A stretch of 59,544 nt of DNA, the filler included, from Catajapyx aquilonaris (Eukaryota), in assembly GCA_000934665.2 (NCBI GenBank). It is 3 parts of 3 records of this genome, joined end to end, with 100 filler letters (N's around TTAATTAATTAA, not from the genome) between each part and the next. Parts side by side here need not be neighbours in the genome. Positions count along the whole stretch, not along the records: positions 1 to 31,219 come from JYFJ02007897.1; positions 31,320 to 45,390 come from JYFJ02007899.1; 1 more part is not named here. One strand, 5' to 3'. Below, piece by piece: positions 25,082-38,204 of the stretch. The number at the start of each line of letters is the position of its first letter. The first letter of the stretch is position 1. Below the pieces are notes generated by a model, which saw nothing but the letters and a program-made list of their open reading frames with translations, was not told the DNA's origin and made no database searches. Both the position numbers and the translations under genes were made by a program.

Positions 25082-25569
25082 CTGATACGGAAGAATACCA
25101 ACCCGAAGTAGGATAATAATTATTCCACCGGATAATTCCGATACGCACGGTGCAACAGCCATATGGGTTATCATGCTAGTAAAATTAGATGCCACAGTAC
25201 TGCGACAATTTCATGCCCCTTTGTGTGACGAGTCACAAAAAGTGCCACGTCGGCAACACTGTATAAAATGCATACGTCTTTTCGTTTAAAGGCCGGTATA
25301 GTGTAAGCTGTAACTGCTCGGTATTAAAGCCTAACCATGTGGCATGAGCTTCACGCCGATGCAAACAGTAAAAGAGAATCAACTAAGATCGCAAAAAATG
25401 GCATCTCCTGGACCGACCCCGCGATATGCATGTATTTGACCCACTGAACATGAATTGAAACCTACTGGCATTAATTAGTCCAATTTAAAAGACATTTTGA
25501 CCCACTTTCGACCCGCAATAAATCACTGGCCTGACTCACCACAACAATGCGTCCAAAAGCCAAGTTTAC

Positions 25570-25965
25570 GTAGGCTGTGCGCCAGAATCAGTCGTGCAGC
25601 AGAATGAGCGCTCGCACGTTGTTATCGTTGGGACAAGCTGACCTTTTCGCAGGTCTCGGTTTGCATCATGCCCAACGGCTCTCATACCAATATTTATAGT
25701 GCTTGTCTCTTCCAACTTGAAAGCAGGCCTGGATTCCAGCCAAGACACACACCCTGCGCTTTTTTAGACGTCTACCTGCGCCAGCATACAATTCCATTCA
25801 TGCTACCCCCTTCCAAACAACCGACCACTTTCCGAAATAACAAGTCCGTCTTGTGACGTCAAATATGATTCAGATGGAGGTTAATGGGGTCCTGGTTTAA
25901 GAGGATTGGGCAAATAAAATCGTACCGGTAATTAGGGGTCAGGGTTGCACTGTGACGCAATCAAT
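25570..25965 (-). promoter_or_regulatory. Candidate promoter/first exon of the TBC1D1-like gene
   Basis: CpG-rich, non-repetitive-looking DNA; palindromic CRE TGACGTCA 25854-25861, TGACGCAA 25953-25960, CCAAT box near 25904, possible donor |gtaaac near 25570. Confidence 0.35.
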
Positions 25966-26611
25966 CATATTATTTGTGTTCAAACAATGGACTGAATGAA
26001 TTTAAACTAGCAAATTCTAAGTGGTATGCAGCACTAAAAGCATTAGCAACTGCTAGCAGAAGCATATAGTCGAGGATACTTGATTGCAAAATCGGTACTA
26101 AATACATACTGGCATTCCTGCTAAATGCGCGACATCTGAATCAGGCAAGCCATATTCAGATGACCCAAGGAGTAGACCATCTTGAGGTAGTAATTCCCAC
26201 CGGATAATTTGACTGGCGCGGTGTAACGGCCTCAGTGGTACTGTACGTGATTTGCTCATGTGGTGGCTTGAGTGACAAACTCCTACGTCTCTACACCGTT
26301 GAAATCCTACACCTCCAGGAGCTCAAGTTTCCAGTTCCTGACACTGGACACTTCCACTGCTGAGTAACTCTGCACAGGACAAGCAACACTAGGCCTTATC
26401 ATATACTGCATTATAGGGATTTCTTGGAGCTCCCAGTCGACATATCTGACTGCGAGTGTCAAATCGCGTATCATTATATGAATGGGCCTTTTACACCAGT
26501 CAAACGGAGATTCCGATTTTCATGGGCCCCGTGTACTTCAGAGAAGCTTCAGAAAGCTGCATAGCATTGACGCATGTCTACCATGTGATGCAATGTACAG
26601 TGTCTAAGGTA

Positions 26612-27324
26612 CAGTGCTGGACATATTAGCCGTCGCTGAATGTTTTTTTCCGGCGGCTGCGGCGGCGGCGCGGCGTTACGTGGCAACCCTGTCCGGCGGG
26701 CCAATTCAAACATCAGCCCATGGAGAGCGCTTCCATTGTTGCCACTGTTTACAAATCGAGCGAGTGAGTGCGCAGGCAGAAGAGACCCGTCGCTGGGTCG
26801 TCCGCGTCACTCACTCGATTTGTAAACAGTGGCAACAATGGAAGCGCTCTCCATGGGCTGATGTTTGAATTGGCCCGCCGGACAGGGTTTCCAGGTAACG
26901 CCGTCGCCGGAAAAAACATTCAGCGACGGCTAACCATTTCACAGAAAAAAAAAAATCGCGCGACAAACGGCGCGCGTTGCGGCAAATTTGTCGCTCGGCA
27001 AATTTGTCGCATCGCCTCGGTTTGCCGCGTGTGCAAACACAAAAAGAGCTGCGACACGACTGACGACTAGCGACAAGTCTGGGAAACAAAAGACACGCAG
27101 TCACGTGAACGACAACCACGACTCCCTATTGGCTGCGTCATATTCAACGCGCGACAAATTCTGGCTGGCCAGTTCTTGCAGTGCGGGATATTTGTCGCGC
27201 GACAATCTCCGACGCGCGGCAAAAATTTTATGTGAACTGCACTGCGACGCGTTTGCCGACGCGTTTGCCGCTTGACGCTGCCGCAAAATCTTTTTGTGTT
27301 TTGGCCTTAATATGTCCAGCACTG
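26612..27324. mobile_element. Composite MITE with Tc1-type ends and a GC-rich palindromic interior
   Basis: TA|CAGTGCTGGACATATTA TIR; internal palindrome ~26627-26935. Confidence 0.82.
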
Positions 27325-27412
27325 TATGTATGAACCGGTATGAACTGTGCAGTATACTGTACAACAATGATTGATGTTACATCAATAAATTACTCCAATG
27401 CATACCACAATA

Positions 27413-28229
27413 CAGTAAAACACAGGTAAAACATCTGTAAGTCGAATCTCCATGGGACCGAGGAAAAACTTCGAGTTATAGAAGATTCGAGTTAGAGAAG
27501 TTTGGATTTTTTAAAGCACATAACTCTATAAGGAAGCCTACCTTTATATCAAGCGACGAAAGGTGTTCAAAACCTTGTCACTATCACACTTACAATGTTC
27601 CTAGTTGTTTTGTTGTGAAAAAAACTCCGTTATGGACATTTGCCTACTCTTAGATTCAAGGATTCAATTGAATGGGTTAGTGTCATAACGTGCTAAGCCA
27701 CAAAACCTTCGATATGGGCTTTCAAAAGTTTGGCGTAATATGGCAAATCATACAAAACAAGCAACATGATTCGGGATTTTCTCGTGATCTATGGGGAATT
27801 TTGCTAACTTACGTGATTCCAACTTGTGAAGCACGATGGTGGGACTTTCAGACACGTGCAAGCTCAAAAAACACAAGTGTGGCTTAGCACGTTATGGCAC
27901 CAACCCCTTCAATATTGTCACAATCGAGTTAAACACTTCTTTCGGTACGTCTGGTAGACGGAGAACAGGAAATTGATCCTTTCTGTACATGTGGCCTACT
28001 CTCGACCCTTCGGCTGGGAAATGAGACAATTTTCCGTACTCGCCAACATGAACTTGGACTTACGGAGACTGAAAATGCATTGATATCCCATCGTAAGGCC
28101 CTGCCTGCACTTCGAGTTATAGAAATTCTAGTTAGGGAAGTTTATTTCCAATCCTTTTACATTGTGACCAACCAAGCTCATCATTTTCTTCGACTTAGGG
28201 AAGTTCGACTTAGTATAGAAGTTTTACTG
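27413..28229. mobile_element. Tigger-type MITE with nested insertion
   Basis: TA|CAGTAAAAC ends, repeated TTCGA(G/C)TTA motifs. Confidence 0.75.
27670..27910. mobile_element. Sola-like MITE
   Basis: TIR GAA.GGGTT.GTG.CATAACGTGCTAAGCCAC with AAT(T/A) flanks; related end near 30860. Confidence 0.6.
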
Positions 28230-28481
28230 TAGTTATAGCTGTTATGGTACGGACAGCATAGACTATGGGAGCTGCGCAGTAGATCTGGCGGGCGCGGCCT
28301 TTAAATGCGGTTCGAATGATACATGAGGCATAGGGCTAACACAAGCCATCATGGTGAGATATGGATTTTTTATCTACGATTACGTCATGCATGAGTCATT
28401 GAGGCGGGAGTAGCGGCGGAAACTTTTGTTACACCCTGTATCTCGATTAATTACAGGAATAAGTGTTCCAAAAGTTATGGA

Positions 28482-30487
28482 CAACAACAACAACAACAGC
28501 AGCATCACGACATTTCCCTATGAGGGGTAGTCAGCGATGAAGGGAGACGCAAGCTTACCCAACATATGAACTAATAAAACTCATGAGAATAAACCTAAAA
28601 ACAACCTGTCCCACCCCCCACCCCTGCCCACCTCAGACATCACCTTATCCTCAGACATATTTACCTATTTACCCATTAATTAACCTACGCCATTTACACC
28701 TATCCAAACAAACAACCCTAGCCTCAGCCACGTCCATGGTCCTATTGACACAAGAACATCTCGGCTTAACACTAGCAACACCCTTAAGACACTGACCCAC
28801 CTGGTCCAACCATGTCTTCCTAGGCCTACCCTTGCCCCTCTTAACAACTACTCCACCCAAATAAACCTTCTTCACAATCTCCTCCTACTTCATCCTCTCC
28901 ACATGGCCAAACCACCTTAGAGTAGACCTACACACCTTATCTTTAACAGTCTCCATTACACCTCTCCAAAATCTCCTCATTCCTAATCCTATCGAACTTG
29001 GTAACCCCACAAACAGCCCGGAGATAGCGCATCTCTGTAGCCAACACCCTACTCTTATGCCTATCTGACCAAACCCACGCTTCACTACCATACATAAGTG
29101 AAGGAACAATAACGTGAGCGTAGACAGACAACCTACAGGCAGAGGATAAGTCCTTATTTCTAGAAAACTTACTTGTGGCACCTATTACTTTCAACCCAGA
29201 ACTAACTCTCCTGTCTATTTCCCCATCAATTCTACCATTACTCTCAAGGACACTACCCAGGTATACAAACTGGCTGACCTGCTCAACCAGTTTTCCTCGT
29301 ACCTGCAACATACAAGGAGAAACCTGCTGTCCCCTCTCAAATACCAATACCTCAGTCTTATCTACGTTAATCCTCATACCCCTCTTTTCACAAACATTAT
29401 CTAACTTGCATAGGATCAACTGTAAATCAGCTTCACTCTTCGCCAGAAGGGCAGAATCATCTGCATACAGTAAGTGACTAACTAACTCATCACCAAACTG
29501 CACTCCTACACCTTCAACCATAGCTTCCCTTACACATGCATCTAAGTACAAGTTAAATAACCAGGGAGACATGACACAACCCTGCTTAACCCCAACACTA
29601 ATGTTAAACCAGTCAGAGAAACCCCCACTAGTTCTAACACAAGCTCTACTCTCTTCATACAATGACTTTACAGCCTCCAACAGGCGGCCCTTCACTCCAT
29701 AGAGACTCAGAACTTCCCACAAACCTTCCCTACTTACTGTGTCATAATTATGCTTTCTCTAAGTCTACAAAGGCAACAAAAACCTTCTTGTTTACAGCTA
29801 AATACTTTTCTATCACGAGTCTCATACAGAATATCTGATCTACACAACTCTTACCCGACATAAACCCACTCTGAATATTCAGTATTCTCTGACTTGTGAC
29901 CCTCTTAACGCTTTCTATCAAAACCTTAGCATACACTTTCCCTGGTACACTTAACAAACTAATGCCACGATAATTCTTGCAGTCACACACATCTCCCTTA
30001 CCCTTATACAGAGGTACTATAATAGCATCCCTCCAATCCCTAGGAACTACACCGTTATCAAAAGAAACCCTACATAAATTAGTCAAAAAAGTAACATCAT
30101 CATCCCCGCCACACCTCACCATTTCCGAAGAAATAGCATCAACCCCAGGGGATTTACCTACTTTAAGTCCTAAAGCAGCAGCTGCAACTTCCTTCTTAAC
30201 AATTGATATCCCCACAACCATCATTACTTGGTACAACATCCCCAATTAAACTTACAGATACATCAACACTGGCCTTATCACTTGCTGACAGCAAGTCCTT
30301 AAAATACTCTCCCCAGCGCCCTTTCGCCTCTCCTCCATCCCACAGCATGTCACCCTTCTTATCCTTCACACCCACAACACTAACCCCATGGCCAGTTCTT
30401 AACCTCCTAACAGTCTTCCAAAAAGACTTCTCATCCTCCTTGAAGGCCTTCTCCAGCCTCTCACTCTCACAACGCAGGACAACGCAG
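28482..30487 (-). mobile_element. 5'-truncated, frameshifted RTE-clade LINE (reverse transcriptase pseudogene)
   Basis: NYRGISLLSVPGKVY, FVDLEKA, GVKQGCVMSPWLFN, YADD, LRWFGHVERM, RGKGRPRKTW; (TGT)n tail; several stops and frameshifts. Confidence 0.95.
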
Positions 30488-31126
30488 GCAATATAATAAA
30501 ACCCAGCGTTACAAGTTCAGGTAAAATGTTGATTTGTGACACGAGTCCAAACTTAAATTCGCTCTCCTGAAAAATGACACCACACCCCTGAAATGAAACT
30601 TTTCTACGGCAGGTTTGTTTCATGGATGAGGCCACTTTTTTATTTGAATCATTGGTGTAACGATACGAGATATCCAGCACCTACGGGATAGGATTGCAAC
30701 GGTAACTCCAGATATGATTCAGAGGGTTGGGCATGCGAGACCGAAACCCGTCTTTTTTTATCTGCCGAGCGACAAACGAAGCTCATATATCGAAGCGATA
30801 TCGGGCGAAGCCAAAACTTTAGTCATTTCTTAGCATTTCAAAACTTCATTTATATAATTGAAGGGGTCGGTGCAATACTGCCCTAACCCACCAAATGACA
30901 CAAATTGAGTTTTGCGCACTTCCATATACTACACTCAAATATCTAATAAAGTACACTGAGATTGTCCCGTTTCTGCCATTTGTCGGTGAGAAATCAAACA
31001 ATGTTTTTATTGCTCCAAGGTTATGAATGCCTTTTCTGCAGCAAAACCGCCCTAACCCTCCGTCTTCAAATATTGCAGCGCGCAGGATGCAGCTGCGAGC
31101 AGCTGTGTCTCACGAGTTGGGCTTAA

Positions 31127-31219
31127 AGGGACACTCCAGTCTGAAGACAAGTTGATGTCTAAAAATCAGGCAAAAAATCCTGACTCCAACGCAAAAATCC
31201 GTTTGTCTCAAAACAGAAC
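31127..31219. mobile_element. Kolobok/T2-type end cut by the spacer (related end at ~11640-11728)
   Basis: TTAA|AGGGACACTCCA terminus. Confidence 0.6.
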
Positions 31220-31319
31220 NNNNNNNNNNNNNNNNNNNNNNNNNNNNNNNNNNNNNNNNNNNNTTAATTAATTAANNNNNNNNNNNNNNNNNNNNNNNNN
31301 NNNNNNNNNNNNNNNNNNN
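31220..31319. other. Artificial assembly spacer
   Basis: 44 N + TTAATTAATTAA (stops in all six frames) + 44 N. Confidence 0.97.
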
Positions 31320-31399
31320 GCCGCTGACTCGGTTCTGTTATCATGCCGTGTGGGTAGCTTAGGATAGTCAGGATAAAGCTCGTTTGCGGGGTGTATGAA

Positions 31400-32105
31400 A
31401 CTATATGTCGTATACTACTGCATACATGTAGGATAAAACTTTGGGAACGGGAACTTTAATTGTCTTAGATATTGCCGCCGAAATGATAAATTTTGCCATT
31501 ATCAAATGCCTGTAAATTCAAAAGGGCTTGAAACAACAGGATGTATTTTTTTTTCAATACCTCTGACTGGGATGGGATCCACCCGTGGTAAAATAAATAT
31601 ATTCGGGGTTGCAAGCCCTTCGGGTGATTCCTGGACAAATCATGCCAAGGAGAACACCCTCTATTTTTTGATTGTCATGAAACTTGGCGTGTGATATTGT
31701 GCATGCAAGAGAAGGTTAAAAGAAATTTTTGTTGCCACCTAGAGTTCAAGGTTCAAGGTCACGAGCAGTGCAAAAATCGCGACACTCGAAAAACACGCCG
31801 CCTCTCACTTGTCAGTGTCTGGCTAAGTAACTATGAATCCGAAAGCTACGATTTTGGTGTCGATATACTCGGAACAGTACCAGTGACCTAGATACGACAT
31901 CAAAAAAAGACGTATGTTGAAAAAAAGGTCCATTTGCGCAATTCAAAACCTGTGACCTTTGACCTAAGGGCGTGGAACATCACGGAATTTTCTAAGAAAA
32001 ATGTGGCATGTGCCCCTACTGTTACTCTACATGGTGCAAAAAGATTCATGCTGGGGAAAAAGCTATTATTTAGACCTCAACCCCACTTATCTAGGTCAGC
32101 ACTAT
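31400..32105. mobile_element. Possible Academ-like non-autonomous remnant
   Basis: Terminus reads TAGTGCTGACCTAGATAAG on the minus strand; similar TAGTAGGGCAGATA ends near 56596 and 59268. Confidence 0.35.
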
Positions 32106-32650
32106 ATCAGCATGTCTCTTCCTGTTCACTTGCTTAGATTGTGGATCAATCTTAGATAATATGCAATAATTTATATATGTGGTGTCATGGGTACAAGATA
32201 GGTTGTATGGGGCAAGAATAATTATGCTCATTATGTAATTATAGAGAAACCTTCAACTTATACCATTTACTATGTGCCTGTCCTCTCTTAAGATCTCCCC
32301 GCAAATGGTATCTGTATGATGTAAGAAGGGTACCGATTGATAAAATGCATGTATTGTTTATTAACTCCTGTGACGTGCACCTCATCCACAAAATATTTTC
32401 TTTTTTTAGAGCAGTGGTGGCCATATTAAAGTTCTCGGATATAAAGTTGTAAAGGCCCATTATAGAACCCAAGTTACCCCCACTCACTGTGCTGTTACTT
32501 GATTAGTAGTTATTTATCTAATTGCTCACCTTATATTTACCATATTGATTAAGTACTTGTCTCTCTCAATTATGTATTATGGCGAAGTCCCCCAAAAGGG
32601 CCTCGTGCCAACTGGGTAAATAAACCCATACCAATACCAATACCAATGAT

Positions 32651-33107
32651 TGCAGTACTTTTTGCAACTGGAACTTACGAATCCCTGCTTAGTACCTGCA
32701 CTAAAAAGCTGAAGCCAATCGAAGAGATACAGATCTGGTGGAAGGAACTTCTTTCAGATCTATAAAATTGGAATTAACAGGTGTGAACTCTTGACGAGCA
32801 CACAGCCTCTCCAAAATGCCTTCTTTGGTGCCCAACTGGTAGAGCCCAGATGCTGTAACGTAACCTAAAACAACCCCTGACACATTCCTATAGGAGCCAA
32901 AAACATTCTCCATCGACTTCAGGTACTCTATTTCAGAGTTTTCATGCTGAAGCTGAACAACTCGAAGTTGCTGTCATCCTGTTCGTTTCAATTTTATAGA
33001 TCTGAACGAAGTTACTTCCACCAGTTCTGTATCTCTTCGATCGGCTTCAGCTTTAAGTTCAGGTAATAAGCAGGGATTCTTAATTTGCAGTTGCAAAAAG
33101 TACTGCA
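32651..33107. mobile_element. Unclassified MITE with ~120-bp inverted arms
   Basis: TGCAGTACTTTTTGCAACTG...GATCTATAAAATTG inverted pair. Confidence 0.8.
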
Positions 33108-33924
33108 CTGATAAGAAATGTAAATGTAGATCGAGCAATATTCAGTACAATTCTAACAAAGTAAAAGAAAGAGTAAAAGTAAGTGTCATTCGAACAGTGC
33201 CGACAAGAACAAAGAGACTAATAATTTAAGGATAACAGTGCCTGGAAGAAGATGTGTACTAGTAATAATGGTAATAAATATTTGGAGCCGACATAGTTCC
33301 TGGAAGAGATGTACAGTACTAGTAATAGTGGTGATAAATATTTGGAGGTAATAGTTCCTGGAAAATAAACCGCATCATCAAATGTTAAGTATTTCAACCA
33401 TTTGCCCAACAACAATAGGGTGATTTATTTCCAGCATCTACTGTACATGGCACAGTGGGAAACTGCCACGAGTTATGGGCTTCTTCTAAACGAGCCATCC
33501 CAACAAGAAATTATTGGCCTCGTGCTGTTTAAGTTTAGCCTATGAAAGCATTCTGGGCCTTTTAAAAGCATTTCGGGGTCTGGCCGTTTCATTAAAACGT
33601 CCATTCTGTAGTATGGACGTTTTTTCACCCAATGGCCGTTTTCGGGGTTAGAGCCTAACATATATACACACATTCTGATAGATTTGAGTGAATTTGATGC
33701 AATGTGAACGGGGACAACCTCAGTTATTAGAATAATATTTTAGAACATCTACGTGGAAAGAAAAGGTGAGAATATTCATGTATTACTGGCAAATTGTGGC
33801 GAATATCCAGGCTGTCATAATATTTTTTGGGCGTAACTTTTTTGACAGTGATCTGATTGAGCTGAAATTTGAACATCTTTTTATGCGTAATGTCATAAAG
33901 GAAAGAAGTAAGCTATGAAGATTT

Positions 33925-34962
33925 TCTGAGTTTCAGGAGGAAAATAAACAATGTTTATGTTTATTTTTTCACACCTGTCAAAGTTCAACGAAATCTTCAA
34001 ACATCCATAACATCCTAAAAACCCAACCAAATACCACAAAATTTGAGAAGCTAATCCCTCACATCTGGTGCTTGGTCTGGTAACCCTTGGTGTTGATGAC
34101 AGCCTGACATATGCGAGGCATTGAGGCGACCAACTTGTGCAAACTGATTGTGGTCCATTATGGCCACCCTCTTCTGGTGCAGCCAAGTGCGAACGAGACC
34201 GGAGGAGTGCTTTGGGTCGTTGTCATGTTGGTACAGGAGAGATTGGCCAAACACACTCCTTGCATGCGGCCACACGACGTCTTGGAGGATATCCCCAGCA
34301 CACCTCCTTGGTCATGATATCGACAATCCGGCGCAGGGGAGCGACTCCAAGGGAGCTGAAGCAGGCCCAGACCATCGCGGTTCCTCTGCCTTGCTTGCCA
34401 GTCAGCAGCTAGTACTTTAGATCAAATTGGTCACCTTTAGGATGACAAGCATAGGGTATTACATCAATTCCAAACACCAGATACTTTGATTCTTTGAACC
34501 AGAGGACGTCGCGCCACTGTCTGAGTATCCAGTTGAGATCGGGGTTCTTCAGCTCCCTTGGAGTCGCTCCCCTTCTTGTCCCCGTATTGTCGATATCAGG
34601 ACCAAGGAGGTGTGCGGGAATATCCTCCAAGACGTCATGTGGCCGCATCCAAGGAGTGTGTTTGGCCAATCTCTCCTATACCAACATGAAAATGACCCAA
34701 TGCATTCCTCCCGGCTCGTTTATTGCACTTGGCTGCACCAGAGGAGGGTGGCCATAATGGACTGGCCAAGCCTATCTCCAGACCTCAATCCAATCGAGGA
34801 CTTCCCTGGGAGGATCTGGTACGTCACCTGAAGAACAATAGAACATCCAGTACTGTACCTACTATCGATAAGTTCAAGCAAAGTTTGAAGATTTCGTTGA
34901 ATTTTGACACGTGTGAAAAAATAAACATAAACATTGTTTATTTTCCTCCTGAAACTCAGAAA
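33925..34962. mobile_element. Tc1 (DD34E) foldback of two inverted 3' halves
   Basis: QHDNDPKHSS and MDWPSLSPDLNPIE remnants on opposite strands; inverted 3'UTRs. Confidence 0.8.
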
Positions 34963-35800
34963 TTCTGCCTAATTCTTTTCGCCTCACCAAATAACCTGAC
35001 AACCCAGCAGGCTAGTGTATGTAACCTCTTCATTTGGTAATTCATATTAAGCGATTCATAAGGTTATTCCCTGATTCGCTGATTCAAGTGCTGATTCAGA
35101 AGGCGATTCACTGATTCATGTAGTGATTCGGCGATTCAGACATTGATTCAGTGATTTATTTTGGCTGGGACGAGATTCAGACTCATTGTCGGACCCCTCT
35201 GTTCTTGATGAGTCACATAAAAAGTTATCTCCTGTGTGAAACAAACCTAGCATAGGAAAGTTGAATCATGAACAATTTTGTTCAGCCTGCCCCTGTGCAA
35301 AGACTTGAATGAGAATTATTATTATTAAAGGCTACGGACTTCTTAGAGTGAACAGACACGCCCCCCCGGGCGAACCAATGGGGTCGCTGTAACCGTGGGT
35401 CACAGTAAGGTTTCCAGGCGAAATACATATAATACAATAGAGACAATAATATAGAGGTTTGTTTGGGGGCGGGGCCATGGGCCCAGCAGTTCACTCTAAG
35501 GAATCCGTTGCCTTTATTAGAGAACCCTACAAAATCTAGACAAATTCTAAGAAGATTATAAGAACTCTTTCCATATGAGAATAGGCTCTGTCCAATGGAC
35601 GGATAGAACTCAGCAACCTTCAAGGTGGTATCGCATAGCTTAAATCACTATGACATTGTGCCTTCCCCATGATATGTGACTTGTTCAGGTGTCTTGATTG
35701 CTGGCAGTAGATGAAATTTGACCCAACCAAACTTTACCTCACAACAACAATGAAATTTGACGAAATTGCTACAACGCCTTCAAATCTAAGAGTCTTACAG

Positions 35801-36079
35801 CTTACATGTTGCCATCTGGCTTTTTTTCACCAGGCGAAGATGAGAAAAAGCTTGTTGAAGGCGATGACCATGTCTCGATGGATGGTTACTGGTGGCAAAA
35901 AGTGTGGTTACTGGTCTATAACAGCGGCATAAAGATAGGCTTAGAAGGCAGTGCTGCCCCCTTCATTGCCACTGCTACTTCTGAAGGCGAGCACTTCAAG
36001 CAGCCAAACATTATTAAATTTGGAGCGCAAGGAGGGCTATATGGGCCCGGTATAAGCTACAGGACCTACTTTGACAAAG
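35801..36079 (+). CDS. Uncharacterised extracellular protein, exon with FAMeT(Methyltransf_FA)-like beta domain
   Basis: cttacag| acceptor, G|gtgaag donor; WWQKVWLLVYNSGIKIGLEGSAAPFIA resembles the W-x-x-W...I-x-VG-x-EG...PF pattern of FAMeT repeats; phase 1 matches the next exon. Confidence 0.6.
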
Positions 36080-36997
36080 GTGAAGTATTCATCCTTCCGT
36101 CTTTTAAAGCAGTGATTTTCTGATGCATCACCATACTTCATTGTCGCCATTAAGAGTGTGTTTCAGAACTTAGCCCATACTTACAAGTCCCAGTCACGTG
36201 ACACTCACTTGCAGCTGGTCCTTATATACCTGTAAGAGTAGCAAAGAGTTATTCACACTACTGGAAAACTGTGTAACAGGCATTCCAATGGCATAAGAAC
36301 TCCCCTGTGAATTTCAAGGTAAAGCACTTGACCACTCTCGACATAATGGTCCATGGAATTTCCATTTATACTGACGAGAGCTAAGTTCTGGAATGTAATC
36401 ACTGAGTTCACGCAAAACTGCGTGCACTGGAGGCTTATTCCTGTGCAAAGTTGGTGCTGTGAACATGTTACGAGCAACATTGGATGTTTCATATATCTGT
36501 AACAGTACACATCCTGAAATCACTCTCCTGTGACCATTTTGACTGACTTGTTGGATTTATGCTCAGCATGGAGTGCAAGTTTGGATAAATATATCCACGT
36601 TTAAATTCAGCAGGAACACTTCACTGATGTATGGAAAGCTTTTTCCATTGATTGGGGGGGGGGGGNGGGGGGGGACTTGCAGTTCTCTCTGCCACTGCTT
36701 CCATTCCTTTGTAATGTGCACAACCCACCATATATGAGTTCAGGGCAATTTACAACAATGCCACATCCCTTGATTTTTTTGTCATTCACAAACATGACCA
36801 ATAATGAATTGGTGAACCACAAAATATGTCAGTGTAGTTACTTCCACCATGTTGCCACAAATTCTATTATATCCCGAATCATCGTTTATTACAGCTCCTT
36901 GAACATTATGCACCAGAAATAACTAAAAACTTAGAGAGAAAAAACTTGGGACTTGAATGGCTTAAATTAATGCATGCCACCAATTCTCTCATATGTA

Positions 36998-37384
36998 CAG
37001 TCCTGCTCATAAAGAATGGTACGACTCTATGGACGACGTGTTTATTTTGACTATCCAGCATTATTCCCAACCGGATTTCGTCGCAACCCTATGGACAACT
37101 TGTCCTAGATCTCTCGAGACCCATATGACCCCCTCCCGACTTTTTCCGAAATTTTTTATTACCAAAATGTTCAACCTGGTACAATGCTTACACAGATTTG
37201 AGATGAATTTCCCCCCTTTAATTTTCTTACTCTGCCTTGTTTTTTTCTTCTATTTTTTTTCTTGATTTTAATTGCCTTTACCCAGTCTTCCTCATGACCC
37301 CTAAAACATGCTGGTACCCCAGGGGTTTGGAAAGGAATAAACATTTTGTCCATACAGTCATACCATTCTTTATGAGCGGTACTG
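36998..37384. mobile_element. Tc1-type MITE, same family as 15086-15475
   Basis: Same TIR and interior, TA TSD. Confidence 0.9.
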
Positions 37385-37418
37385 TACACTACTATACCTC
37401 ATGCTATTTCTCTTACAG

Positions 37419-37869
37419 ATTGTATCCGAGTAGTGACCACTATGGATGGTGGAATGCAAGCCTGCTTGCTGGAAATGAACCCCAAAGACTCTGAATACAT
37501 GGTTGATGTGAGCTTCAAGTTTATCGGGTCCAGCACACAAGTAACGTGCAGTTTTTTGAACACTGTTGGTGCAGACAAAAGCTGGGGGGATACCGTAACA
37601 ATAACAGGCAAACCTGATGGGTCGTTTGACATTACCGATACTACTAGACGTCCAGCTGGTAAGAGAAGGCGACGCAGAGCAGACACCAGTCAGGAAAGCA
37701 GTGCTTATGACACAAACAGCAATGCTGGACAAGTGATAGGGGAATTGGAGGAATCACAGGCGAGAACCCATGAAGGCACCGCCGGAGAGGAAGATGGCAG
37801 GCAATTCAGGGATTTCTCCACCAGCTTTCAAATTACTAAAGTCGAAGATTGGTTTAAAATTTCCATCAG
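37419..37869 (+). CDS. Same gene, internal exon with polybasic KRRRRR site
   Basis: tctcttacag| acceptor, AG|gtaact donor, 451 nt open, phase 1 to 2. Confidence 0.7.
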
Positions 37870-38204
37870 GTAACTTCATGATTTCATAACCTTTCTTTTC
37901 AAGCCTACATTTACAAATGCCATACCTGTTGAGTCACAATAGTACTGTTAACTCGCATGTCCTGAAACTTAAGCCCATATGGATCTATGGAGAGCTAGTT
38001 AGGTGTATTCCCAAACTGAAGACTTGGAGGCGTGTAAACGCTGATTGTGCACTGGAAAAGTACAAAGCCCTGAACCGAACTTACAACAATTTGTGCAAGG
38101 TTAAAAAGCGTTTTTCAGCAGATCGCCTTCAGCAATTAGCTACTACTATGGATGCAGCAACGTTCTGGAAGTTAATTAATGGCAGTAATTGAAAGAGGAC
38201 TTAA

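Noticed and set aside
29742..29752. 4-bp insertion in the RT as a mariner excision footprint
   Set aside because: TAATTA does not match the CAG/CTG-derived footprints expected from local TIRs.
28943..30245. Functional or novel reverse transcriptase system (retron/DGR-like)
   Set aside because: Ordinary RTE LINE, 5'-truncated with stops and frameshifts.
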